Made by a program: the position numbers and the translations under genes
In this document: positions 55,755 to 64,000 of the stretch, in pieces
How positions within the stretch are numbered: position 1 is the first letter of the stretch
Layout of the letters: the number at the start of each line of letters is the position of its first letter
Notes under the pieces: model-generated
The model's input: the letters and a program-made list of their open reading frames with translations, nothing else
Told to the model about the DNA's origin: nothing
The model's database searches: none
Source of the DNA: an uncultured Gemmatimonadales bacterium
GTDB taxonomy: Bacteria > Gemmatimonadota > Gemmatimonadetes > Gemmatimonadales > GWC2-71-9
DNA: 64,000 nucleotides
NCBI GenBank assembly: GCA_963730185.1
Contig: CAVSQW010000012.1
Span: forward strand, 224,001 to 288,000
Direction of reading: 5' to 3'

Positions 55755-56606
55755 TCACGGGCGTGGTCGCGCGTTGCCCCCGTCGGTCAGGAACCGGATT
55801 CGCCCGTCGGGCTGGCGCGCCCAGACGGTGAGGTACTTGCTGTAGATCGGGTCGTCGCCGCCTTTGGGCGCGATGATCGCCTGGCCCACCGTGAACCCGA
55901 GATCGCCCGACCCGGCTACCCGGACCGCCACGGGGTACCACGACCAGTCGGCCGGGTCGCCGCTCCCGATCGCCCGGCCGATGGCGCCCGGCCCTTCGTT
56001 CCAGTGGCCGCCGCCCGCGTAGGTAAACGCGGCCGGGGCGGCGAACGCCCGGAACGCCTCCCCGGCGTTCCCCTGCCTGGCCGACGCCGCGAAGTCGAGA
56101 TCGGCCTGGACCAGGGGCCCTCCGGGACCGTTCGGCTCGATCCCCGGAAGTGACTTGGGGCCCCAGGCCGGATCGTAGAACACCCGACCGGGGGAAATCA
56201 GCCCGGTCTGCATCAGACCGATCAGCCGCCAGGCCCGCCCGGCGAGCCGCCACCCGGCGATGTAGCTGCCGGTCCGAGTGGCGCCGTGGGCCGGGGTGAC
56301 CCGGGTGAGGCCGGTCGTGACCCCGAGCCCCCCGTCCGACGAGACCCACCCCTCTCTGGCCTCCCACGTGACCGAGACGGTGTCGAGGACGGAGTCCCGG
56401 GAGAGGGCAGCGAGGATGGCCGACCGACCGACCAGGACCGGTGCTCCACCGTGGACCACGACGGCGGAGTCGTCGAGCGCCCGCCGCAGCGCCTGGCGAA
56501 GGCCCGCCTGGGCCGAGGCCTTTGCCAGGTCGCGGTCGGCCGCGAGCAACGTGGTCCGGGGATCCTGCGAGGGGATCGCGGCCACCAAGAGAATCAGAGC
56601 GAGCAT
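55755..56606 (-). CDS. Tandem DUF4440/NTF2-like secreted protein
   Basis: SSDGGLGVTTG and SGDLGFTVG...KYLTVWARQPDG repeats. Confidence 0.75.
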   Translation of the reverse strand: MLALILLVAAIPSQDPRTTLLAADRDLAKASAQAGLRQALRRALDDSAVVVHGGAPVLVGRSAILAALSRDSVLDTVSVTWEAREGWVSSDGGLGVTTGLTRVTPAHGATRTGSYIAGWRLAGRAWRLIGLMQTGLISPGRVFYDPAWGPKSLPGIEPNGPGGPLVQADLDFAASARQGNAGEAFRAFAAPAAFTYAGGGHWNEGPGAIGRAIGSGDPADWSWYPVAVRVAGSGDLGFTVGQAIIAPKGGDDPIYSKYLTVWARQPDGRIRFLTDGGNARPRP

Positions 56607-56640
56607 ATGCTCATACTTCGCCTTGGTGGCCGCCGGAGTT

Positions 56641-57255
56641 TCAGTCCGAGGCAACTCCGAAGGCCAACAGCACGATCGAAATGATCTGCTCGGCCGCCTG
56701 GTGGGTCGGGGTCCGGTGGAGGTGCAGCATCCGAACCCACATCGGCCCCTGGACCATGTCCAGGAACAGGTCGACGTCGATGTTTCGAGGCAGCTCCCCA
56801 CGGTCGACGGCCCGCAGGACCACGACCCGGACCCGATGACGACGGGTGGCGGTCAGCTCCTCCAGCGACTCCAGCCACATGCCGTCGCGGCGCGACTCAC
56901 TGATCAGCGACAGCCAGATTCCGCCCAGCTCGGGGTCGTTGAGGTAGTCGACCAGCTCGTGGAGGAGGATCCGGAGATCCTCGCGGAGCGAGCCCGTGTC
57001 GGGGACCGGCATGGCGCGACCGAGCGCCGCGTCGATCGCCTCCCGGGCCAGTTCTTCCTTCGACCGCCAACGCCGGTAGATCGTCGGAAGGCCCACGCCC
57101 GCCTGGTCGGCGACCGCTCGCATGGTGAAGCCGCCGAAGCCCATCTCGGCGATCGCCCGCAGGGTCGCCGAAAGAATCGCCTCGGAGGCCCGCTCGTCCC
57201 GGGGGCGCCCCCGCCGCCGGGGGCGCCCCGCCACAGCCACGTCGGTCGCTTCCAT
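56641..57255 (-). CDS. TetR/AcrR family regulator
   Basis: GRPRD, VADQAGVGLPTIYRRWRSKEEL, PDTGSLREDL. Confidence 0.92.
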   Translation of the reverse strand: MEATDVAVAGRPRRRGRPRDERASEAILSATLRAIAEMGFGGFTMRAVADQAGVGLPTIYRRWRSKEELAREAIDAALGRAMPVPDTGSLREDLRILLHELVDYLNDPELGGIWLSLISESRRDGMWLESLEELTATRRHRVRVVVLRAVDRGELPRNIDVDLFLDMVQGPMWVRMLHLHRTPTHQAAEQIISIVLLAFGVASD

Positions 57256-57276
57256 GTGCGCTCCTCTAGGTTCAAC

Positions 57277-57708
57277 TCACACCCGGCGAAGGTCTGGCCG
57301 CCAGGTCGAGATCAACTTCTTGATATCGTCCCGATTCCGGATACCCTCGGTCAGGACGCGCCGGACCAGTCCCGGCACCTCGCCATCCGAGGCGAACCGG
57401 AGCGCGATCAGCTGACCGGCTCGCAACTCGCCCAGGCGCGACCGGAGGTCGCCTGGAAGGAGCCCCTCCAACCGGAGCCGCTCTTCCAGCACCACCACCC
57501 GGTCTTGGACCTTCAGCGCGAAGATTCGCGCGTACCACGCCAGCATCCCCAAGATCAGGGCCAGCACCACTCCCATCGCCGCCTCGAGACTCGGCCCCCG
57601 GATCACCTCACGCACCGACCACACTAGGTACACCGTGATCAGCCCGAACAGCACGCCGTGATACCCGGGCACGTAGCGCTTGTGGTTCGCGAACGACTGG
57701 GCGGCCAT
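57277..57708 (-). CDS. DUF6526-like membrane protein
   Basis: QSFANH.RYVPGYH, VQDRV..LEERLR, QLIALRFASD. Confidence 0.7.
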   Translation of the reverse strand: MAAQSFANHKRYVPGYHGVLFGLITVYLVWSVREVIRGPSLEAAMGVVLALILGMLAWYARIFALKVQDRVVVLEERLRLEGLLPGDLRSRLGELRAGQLIALRFASDGEVPGLVRRVLTEGIRNRDDIKKLISTWRPDLRRV

Positions 57709-57804
57709 GGGAACCTCCTTCGTGTTCCGTTCCGGAACGCGTCATCCAGCGGGGGAACCGAAGATGATCACGCCTGCCGCCCGGCGGTGTCAAACCCGGC
57801 GCTC

Positions 57805-57830
57805 GAAACCCGGAGGTGAGACTCGCCGTC
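57805..57830 (+). promoter_or_regulatory. ECF sigma-type promoter GAAAC-N17-CGTC
   Basis: 23 nt upstream of ATG 57854. Confidence 0.55.
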
Positions 57831-57853
57831 CGCCTTGGAAGGGAGACTCCGCC

Positions 57854-58588
57854 ATGCTCGTCTGCCGCCTGCTGATCTTCGCCCTGGCCCTGACGGGCTG
57901 CGGAGCGCCGTCCACCGGCCCCAGCCCAGACCCGGATGCCACTTTTCGGGTCCTCTTCGTCGGCAACAGCCTGACCTACGTCAACGACCTGCCCGGCATG
58001 GTCAAGGCGCTCGCCGACTCCGCCGGGGTCGAGCGAACTTATATAGAGACGGTCGCGTTTCCGGATTTCGCGCTGGAGGACCACTGGTCTCAGGGCGACG
58101 CCCGAAAGGCCATTTCCCGGGGCGGCTGGCGGTATGTGATCATGCAGCAGGGACCGAGCGCCCTGGCGGAGAGCCGGGTGAACCTGCTGGAATGGGTGGG
58201 ACGGTTCGCGCCCGAGATCCGGCAGGCGGGCGGCACGCCGGCAATGTACACGGTGTGGCCGGCGTCCTCGCGCTCGTTCGATTTCGATCGGGTGGTCGAG
58301 TCCTACCGGCTGGCGGCGGAGGCCATCGGCGGGTTGGAGCTCCCCGCCGGCGGGGCCTGGCTGGCGGCCTGGCGGCGCGATCCGACCCTGCCCCTGTACG
58401 GCCCCGACGGGTTCCATCCGTCGGTGGCCGGATCCTACCTCGCGGCCATCACGATCTTCGGCCGGCTGTACGACCGGTCCGCCATCGGGCTCCCCCGCGG
58501 CCTCACGGTCGGCGGCGGGTCGTTCCAGCTCTCGGTCGAAGCGGCCGCGACCCTGCAAGCCGCGGCCGACGAGGTCAATGGCCGTTAG
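57854..58588 (+). CDS. SGNH/GDSL-like hydrolase lipoprotein
   Basis: LTGC lipobox; VLFVGNSLT, DGFHPS. Confidence 0.85.
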   Translation: MLVCRLLIFALALTGCGAPSTGPSPDPDATFRVLFVGNSLTYVNDLPGMVKALADSAGVERTYIETVAFPDFALEDHWSQGDARKAISRGGWRYVIMQQGPSALAESRVNLLEWVGRFAPEIRQAGGTPAMYTVWPASSRSFDFDRVVESYRLAAEAIGGLELPAGGAWLAAWRRDPTLPLYGPDGFHPSVAGSYLAAITIFGRLYDRSAIGLPRGLTVGGGSFQLSVEAAATLQAAADEVNGR

Positions 58589-58600
58589 TCGCCTCGGACC

Positions 58601-59110
58601 TCAGAGGCGAACGACCAGTCCCGCGACCACCCCGGGCGACCGGTCGGCGGGCGAAGTGATCCATTGGCGAACCCGGACGCGGGCGGTCAGGCCGAAGCGG
58701 TCGGTTGCCCAGAGCGTGGCGCCCACCGCCCCATGGACGCCGACCGAGTAATACGGAGTGCCGTCGCCGTCGCCGCCGAGGAGACCGGACGGCCCGGCCG
58801 TCAGGGCCAGCTCGAACCGGCCTCGGGGGACGAGGACCCCCACGTCGAGGTCGGCCGCCAGGGCATCGAGCCCGTAACGCCCGGCGCCGGAGATCGCCGC
58901 CAAGTCGAGTCCAACCACCGACCTGCGACCCACCTCGCGGGCCACGCTCAAGCCCGGCACCATCGGGCTGCCGGCCAGCTCGTCGATGTGGTAGACGCCG
59001 GCGCCGGCGCCGAGCCGCCAGGCCCCGCTCCGCGCGGTTTGAGCCCCACCGGGCGCCGCCTGAAGCGCCAGTCCCGCGATGATCCCCACCACCAGTCTCG
59101 AGCCGCGCAT
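58601..59110 (-). CDS. Secreted hypothetical protein, small outer-membrane beta-barrel-like
   Basis: Signal peptide, amphipathic beta strands, C-terminal GLVVRL. Confidence 0.55.
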   Translation of the reverse strand: MRGSRLVVGIIAGLALQAAPGGAQTARSGAWRLGAGAGVYHIDELAGSPMVPGLSVAREVGRRSVVGLDLAAISGAGRYGLDALAADLDVGVLVPRGRFELALTAGPSGLLGGDGDGTPYYSVGVHGAVGATLWATDRFGLTARVRVRQWITSPADRSPGVVAGLVVRL

Positions 59111-59176
59111 GCGTGTCCCATCCGATTGAAGTCGAACCGAAGTAAGCGTCCGGGCGTGACCAGGGTGTGACCTCGC

Positions 59177-61798
59177 TCAGTCGGACCGAAGCGACGCGAT
59201 CGGGCTGGTCCGCCCGGCCCGGAGCCCGGGGAGCAGGGCGGCCAGCGTTCCGGCGGTCAGCAGAGCCCCGCCGGCCAAGCCCAAGCTGAGCGGGTCGGTC
59301 GGCGCGATGCCATAGAGCAGGCCGGCGACCAGCCGGGAAACCAGCAGGGTCAGCACCAGGCCGGCACCGATCCCCGCGACCACCGGCACCATGGCCCCGC
59401 GAACGACCTCCCTGACCACCCGACCGGGCTCCGCGCCGAGCGCCATCCGAACCCCGAACTCGGTCCGGCGCCGGGTGACCGAATAGGACACCACCCCGTA
59501 GACCCCCACGCCGCCCAGCGCGAGGGCCAGGGCGGCAAAGAGAGACAGAAAGAAGCGGAGCCGGATCGGTTCGGCCAGGGCTTGACGCAGCACTTGGTCC
59601 ATCGTCGTCACCCGTCCCACCGCCACGTCGGGAGCCCGCTCCCTGACGACCTGGCGCACCAACGCTGGAAGCGGGCCCAAGTCGCCTCGAGCCCGGATCA
59701 GGAGCGCTTGCGAGTCGAACGAGGACAGTTGCGCGAGTGGCAGGTAGAGCACCATCGGGTTGGGGCCGGTCATCGAGAAGACCCGGGCCTCCTCGGCGAC
59801 GCCCACCACGCTCAGCCAGGCGTCGCCGGTCACTCCGCTCTGCACCCGGCGACCGAGCGGATCGCGACCGGGCCACATCGACCGAGCGAACGATTCGCTG
59901 ACGATCGCGACGCGAGGGGCCGTCGCCTGGTCGGCCGCGGTGAAGCCCCGGCCGCCGACGATGTCGAGGCCGAGGGCCGCGAAATAGCCTGGAGTCACGG
60001 GGCGGAAGGCCGCGTTCGGGGCCTGAGGGCCGCGAAGGTCGGGGCGGTCCTCGATCTCGACCGGCCCTTGGTATCCCGGGTCGCGGATCGGGACCCGGGG
60101 GGCGAAGCCCGCGGCGGCCACCTCGGGTCGCTGGAGCACCCGGTCCAGGAGGTCGAGATAGATCTGGCGCCGCTCGGCATCGGACGTACCCTGAGTCGGG
60201 CTCACGAGGTCGAAGGCCATGACCCCCTTGGGATCGAAGCCCGGATCGAGAGCGAAGAGCCGCGCGACCGACCGCACGAAGAGAAAGGAGCCAGCCGCGA
60301 GCGTCACCGCCAACGCCACCTCGACCCCAACCAGGACCCCGTGGACCCGGCGATGTCCGGGCGCCGAGGCCGCGCTCGACCGTTCCCGGCTCACGCCGGT
60401 GACCCCGCCGCGCAAGAGCTCGCGCACCGGCGCGGCCGACACCAGGAGGCCCACGACCAGCGCCAGTCCGAACGCCGTGAGCAGCATGGTCCAGTCGAGC
60501 GACAGCGTGGCCTCGAGCCCGTTCCGGAGAGGGAGACTCCGAACCAAGAGGCGAAAGACGCCGCCGGCCAGGGCCGCGCCGACCACGCCGGCCAACCCGG
60601 CCAAGGCCACCGATTCGGTGACGATCTGCCGGACCAGCCGGCCGCGACCCGCGCCGAGCGCCGCGCGGAGGGCGATTTCCGGGGTCCGATCCGTCGTCCG
60701 GGCCAGAACCAGCGCGGCCACGTTGGCGGAGGCCATCAAGAGCAGCAGCGTCACGGCGCCGAGGAGGAGCAGCAGCGCCGGCTCGACGTCGCCCACCGTG
60801 AAGTCCCGAAGGGAGGTGAGACCGGCATCCTTGGTCTTGTCCCAGGCCGCCGGGTAGGTGAACCGCTCCCCGAGCGCATGCGCCAGCCGCTGGATGCCGC
60901 CGTCGAGCGCCGCCGCCGACACCTCGGGGCGAACCCGGCCGACCAGGGCGAGGTACCCGTTGCCCTGATAGCCGCCGCTCGCCGGATCGAGCAGCAGCGG
61001 CCGCCAGAGCCGGACGTCCGGAGTCGGGAAGAAGAACCCCCGGGGCATCACCCCGATCACGGTGGCCGGCTTCCCGTCGAGCCGGAGGCGCCGGCCGATC
61101 ACGCCGGGATCGCCGCCCAACTCCTGCTGCCAGAGGGTCCAGCTCAAGATGGCGACCGGCTCCGCCCCCGGTCGATCCTCGCCCGGGGCGAAAGTCCGGC
61201 CCATGAGCGGCGCCGCACCCAAGACGTCGAACAACTCGGCCGACGAGACCGTGGTCAGCAGCGCGGAGCTGCTCTCCCTCCCCTCGAGCGTGGTGACGTC
61301 CAGCGAATAGGCGGCCAGCGACGCGAACTCCGGCACGCGCTCCTTCACGAAGTCGAACTCCACCCCCCGCCAGTCGAACGGATCCCAGAACACCTGAAGC
61401 TGGGCTTCGTCCCGGACCGGGAGCGGGCGGAGCAGGAGACCCTGCACGACGCTGAACAGCGCCACCGTGGCGCCGATGCCGAGCGCCAGGGTCAGGCTGC
61501 CGAGCAGGGTGAACCCGGGCCGGCGGCGGAACTGACGGAACGCATGGTGGAAGTCGGCGGCCAGATCACGAACCCAGCCGATGCCCCACTCGTCGCGGGC
61601 CCGCTGCCGCTCCCGGGTCAGGCCGCCGAACCGGCGCCGCGACTCGGCCAGGGCCTGATCCGGCGGCAGCCCGCCGGCTTCGAGCTGTCGGGCCGACATC
61701 TCCACGTGGAAGGTGAACTCCTCGTCCAACTCCCGCTCAGCCCGGCGGAGCTGGAGCAGGGTCCGCAGGCGATGCCAGAGGTCGGCGGATCGGGGCAT
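59177..61798 (-). CDS. ABC transporter permease, ADOP family
   Basis: ELDEEFTFH, RRRFGG, LALGIGA, ANVAAL, EFGVRMALGA, RAGRTSPIASLRSD. Confidence 0.93.
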   Translation of the reverse strand: MPRSADLWHRLRTLLQLRRAERELDEEFTFHVEMSARQLEAGGLPPDQALAESRRRFGGLTRERQRARDEWGIGWVRDLAADFHHAFRQFRRRPGFTLLGSLTLALGIGATVALFSVVQGLLLRPLPVRDEAQLQVFWDPFDWRGVEFDFVKERVPEFASLAAYSLDVTTLEGRESSSALLTTVSSAELFDVLGAAPLMGRTFAPGEDRPGAEPVAILSWTLWQQELGGDPGVIGRRLRLDGKPATVIGVMPRGFFFPTPDVRLWRPLLLDPASGGYQGNGYLALVGRVRPEVSAAALDGGIQRLAHALGERFTYPAAWDKTKDAGLTSLRDFTVGDVEPALLLLLGAVTLLLLMASANVAALVLARTTDRTPEIALRAALGAGRGRLVRQIVTESVALAGLAGVVGAALAGGVFRLLVRSLPLRNGLEATLSLDWTMLLTAFGLALVVGLLVSAAPVRELLRGGVTGVSRERSSAASAPGHRRVHGVLVGVEVALAVTLAAGSFLFVRSVARLFALDPGFDPKGVMAFDLVSPTQGTSDAERRQIYLDLLDRVLQRPEVAAAGFAPRVPIRDPGYQGPVEIEDRPDLRGPQAPNAAFRPVTPGYFAALGLDIVGGRGFTAADQATAPRVAIVSESFARSMWPGRDPLGRRVQSGVTGDAWLSVVGVAEEARVFSMTGPNPMVLYLPLAQLSSFDSQALLIRARGDLGPLPALVRQVVRERAPDVAVGRVTTMDQVLRQALAEPIRLRFFLSLFAALALALGGVGVYGVVSYSVTRRRTEFGVRMALGAEPGRVVREVVRGAMVPVVAGIGAGLVLTLLVSRLVAGLLYGIAPTDPLSLGLAGGALLTAGTLAALLPGLRAGRTSPIASLRSD

Positions 61799-61810
61799 GG
61801 GCTCTCCCGC

Positions 61811-62143
61811 TCAGATGGTCGCGGACATGATCGCCGCCACCCCGGCCGCCAAACGGTCCCACTGGCCGGTTTCGACGGCCAGCTGGCGCTCGCCCGCCCG
61901 GGTCAAGGCGTAGTAACGAGCCCGGCGACCGTTCTCGGTCTCGCGCCAGGACGAGCGGATCCAACCCTCGCGGGTGAGCTTGTGGAGCGAGGCATAGAGC
62001 GACCCCTGGGGAACCCGGAGCCGGGCGTCGGACATCCGCTCCATCCGCTCGGTGAGCCCCCAGCCGTGCATCGGCTCGAGCGAGAGGAGCTTGAGGATCA
62101 GCATGTCGAGCGTGCCGCGGATGACGGAGGTATCGGTGCCCAT
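61811..62143 (-). CDS. PadR family transcriptional regulator (ADOP-associated)
   Basis: GTLDMLILKLL..PMHGWG, QGSLYASL, ENGRRARYY. Confidence 0.93.
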   Translation of the reverse strand: MGTDTSVIRGTLDMLILKLLSLEPMHGWGLTERMERMSDARLRVPQGSLYASLHKLTREGWIRSSWRETENGRRARYYALTRAGERQLAVETGQWDRLAAGVAAIMSATI

Positions 62144-62178
62144 TGGCTTCCCCTCGGAAAGCGAGAGATAACGGATCT

Positions 62179-62204
62179 GACGGGCCGGGCCCCGGAAAGG
62201 TTGC
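62179..62204 (-). promoter_or_regulatory. ECF sigma-type promoter GCAAC-N17-CGTC; a CTCG-N5-CGAG inverted repeat at 62153-62165 may be the PadR site
   Basis: 35 nt upstream of the padR ATG. Confidence 0.5.
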
Positions 62205-62335
62205 AACCCGGCCGAGGTCCCGGCGGGCCGCCCCGGCGGAGATCCCGGTAGGCGGGCCGGCGCCCGCCCGCCGGTTGTGTCCCGCCTCGGCCAGTGCGAA
62301 GATTTCGGGTCTTCTCAACCCGAGCGCATCCGTCC

Positions 62336-63673
62336 ATGATCGGCACTCTCTCCGGGCTCCTGCTGCTGGCGGCGTTCCAGACGCCGGCGGCCGCGCCCGG
62401 TCGTGATCTTCGTCTCTACGACATCGCCACCGCCATTCCCGCCAGCGCCGTGGAGGCCACCGACCGGAAGCTGGTCAGCTTCGGGACCCGGCACACCCTG
62501 TCGGACACGGTCTCCACCACCCGCGGGATCGGCGCGGCCCGGCGCTGGATTCATTCCGAGTTCGAGCGGATCGCCGCCGCCTGCGGGGGCTGCCTGGAGG
62601 TGAGCTACAATCGGGGGCTGCTCAAGAAGGGCGAGAACCCGCGAATTCCGACCGAGGTGGAGATCGTGAACGTGGTGGCGATTCAGCGGGGACAGAAGTA
62701 CCCGGACCGCTACGTGGTGATCTCGGGCCACTACGATTCGCGGGCCAGCCAGGCCAACGACGCCACCAGCGACGCCCCGGGCGCGGTCGACGATGGGAGC
62801 GGCACCTCGGCGGTGATCGAGACCGCCCGGGTCCTGAGCAAGTACCGGTTCGACAAGACCATCGTCTATGCCACGCTCGATGGCGAGGAGCAGGGACTCT
62901 TCGGCGGCCAGCAGCTGGCGACGTACGCCAAGGCCCAGGGCTGGAACATCGAGGGGGTGCTCAACAACGACATCATCGGCAACAGCGACGGGATCGGAGG
63001 CCAGAAGGACAACCTGACCTTCCGGGTCTTTTCCGAGCCGGTGCCGCCGACCGAGACCGAGCGCGACCGGATGATGCGCCGGGTCATGGGCGGCGAGGTC
63101 GACGGGATCTCGCGCCAGCTGGCCCGGTACGTCCACACGATTGCCGAGCAAGTGGTGCCCACCATGCACGCCAAGCTGGTCTACCGCCTGGACCGGTTCG
63201 GCCGGGGCGGCGACCACCGGGCGTTCAACGACGAGGGCTTCGCCGCCGTGCGGATCACCGAGGCGTGGGAGAACTACCACCGCCAGCACCAGAACATCCG
63301 CACCGAGAACGGGATCGAGTACGGCGACGTGCCGGACAAGGCCGACTTCCCCTACATGGCCCGGATCGCGGGCGTCAACGCGGCGACGCTGGCGGCGCTG
63401 GCCTGGGCGCCGCCCTCGCCGGAGCACGTTCGGATCCGGGGAGGCGGGAGCGCGTCGACCACGGTCAGCTGGGAAGCGGTGACCGGTGCCGCCGGGTACC
63501 GGGTCTATTGGCGCGACACGATCGAGCCCTTCTGGACCCACTCCCGGTTCGTGCCCAGCGGGACGGACCTCGAGCTGGACGGGGTGCTGATCGACGACAA
63601 CCTGTTCGGCGTGGCGAGCGTCGCGGCGACGGGGGACGAGTCGCTGGTGGCATTCGGGATCGGGGGGAGGTAG
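62336..63673 (+). CDS. M28 family metallopeptidase with C-terminal FN3-like domain
   Basis: FGTRHT, GHYDSR, GAVDDGSG, GEEQGL, NNDIIG, GGDH. Confidence 0.92.
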   Translation: MIGTLSGLLLLAAFQTPAAAPGRDLRLYDIATAIPASAVEATDRKLVSFGTRHTLSDTVSTTRGIGAARRWIHSEFERIAAACGGCLEVSYNRGLLKKGENPRIPTEVEIVNVVAIQRGQKYPDRYVVISGHYDSRASQANDATSDAPGAVDDGSGTSAVIETARVLSKYRFDKTIVYATLDGEEQGLFGGQQLATYAKAQGWNIEGVLNNDIIGNSDGIGGQKDNLTFRVFSEPVPPTETERDRMMRRVMGGEVDGISRQLARYVHTIAEQVVPTMHAKLVYRLDRFGRGGDHRAFNDEGFAAVRITEAWENYHRQHQNIRTENGIEYGDVPDKADFPYMARIAGVNAATLAALAWAPPSPEHVRIRGGGSASTTVSWEAVTGAAGYRVYWRDTIEPFWTHSRFVPSGTDLELDGVLIDDNLFGVASVAATGDESLVAFGIGGR

Positions 63674-63715
63674 GGAGGGATGGGGAGGGATTGGGGGAGA
63701 CGGGGGCAACGGGGG
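63662..63715 (+). repeat. G-rich low-complexity tract (eight runs of 3 or more G)
   Basis: GGGGGGAGGTAGGGAGGGATGGGGAGGGATTGGGGGAGACGGGGGCAACGGGGG. Confidence 0.7.
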
Positions 63716-63735
63716 AACCACTTGGCGAGGAAATC

Positions 63736-64000
63736 ATGAGGATCGATAGATCGTGGGCGGGGCGGCTCGGGCTGGTGACGGCACTGGCGACGTTGGTTGT
63801 GTCGAGCGCGGGGGCCCAGGCGGCGGTGAACTTCGACCGGCTGGGCGACGAGGCGCTTCGGCTCACCCAGGAATATCTCCGGATCAACACCACCAATCCG
63901 CCGGGCAACGAGACCCGGACGGCGGCCTTCTTCGCGAAGATCTTTGCGGCGGAAGGGATCCCGTTCGACACCGGCTCGTCGGCACCGGGCCGCGGCAACG
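63736..64000 (+). CDS. M20/M25/M40 family metallohydrolase, partial
   Basis: Manual translation: signal peptide, EYLRINTTNPPGNE, PGRGN; runs off the window. Confidence 0.85.
   Translation, partial: MRIDRSWAGRLGLVTALATLVVSSAGAQAAVNFDRLGDEALRLTQEYLRINTTNPPGNETRTAAFFAKIFAAEGIPFDTGSSAPGRGN

Overview
High-GC (~70% by eye) bacterial chromosomal DNA. The gene content (duplicated MacB/ADOP-type ABC permeases with PadR, carboxypeptidase-regulatory-like and DUF4440 proteins, many secreted peptidases) suggests Gemmatimonadota or a similar lineage; this is inference. 1-17.1 kb: an amine/amide catabolic divergon (two class-III aminotransferases, ALDH, CocE, amidohydrolase), an XRE regulator islet flanked by 43-bp direct repeats, and a putative copper module (RskA-like protein, multicopper oxidase, His-rich beta-propeller, DUF411). 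17.2-31.8 kb: an accessory, partly decayed region. It holds an ECF41 (SigJ) module with two cognate promoters, a TetR-controlled MddA-like methanethiol methyltransferase fused to an SRPBCC domain, possible degenerate attC sites, a low-GC ArsP-permease/thioredoxin pair, an IS21 end and a mosaic of gene fragments. 31.9-64 kb: mostly core genes for peptide, amino-acid and glycan use, three of them with frameshifts that may be sequencing errors. Four matching ECF-type promoters (G[A/C]AAC-N17-CGT[C/A]) point to an envelope-stress regulon. I saw no rRNA, tRNA, CRISPR array or integrase. All family assignments come from motif recognition, not database searches.
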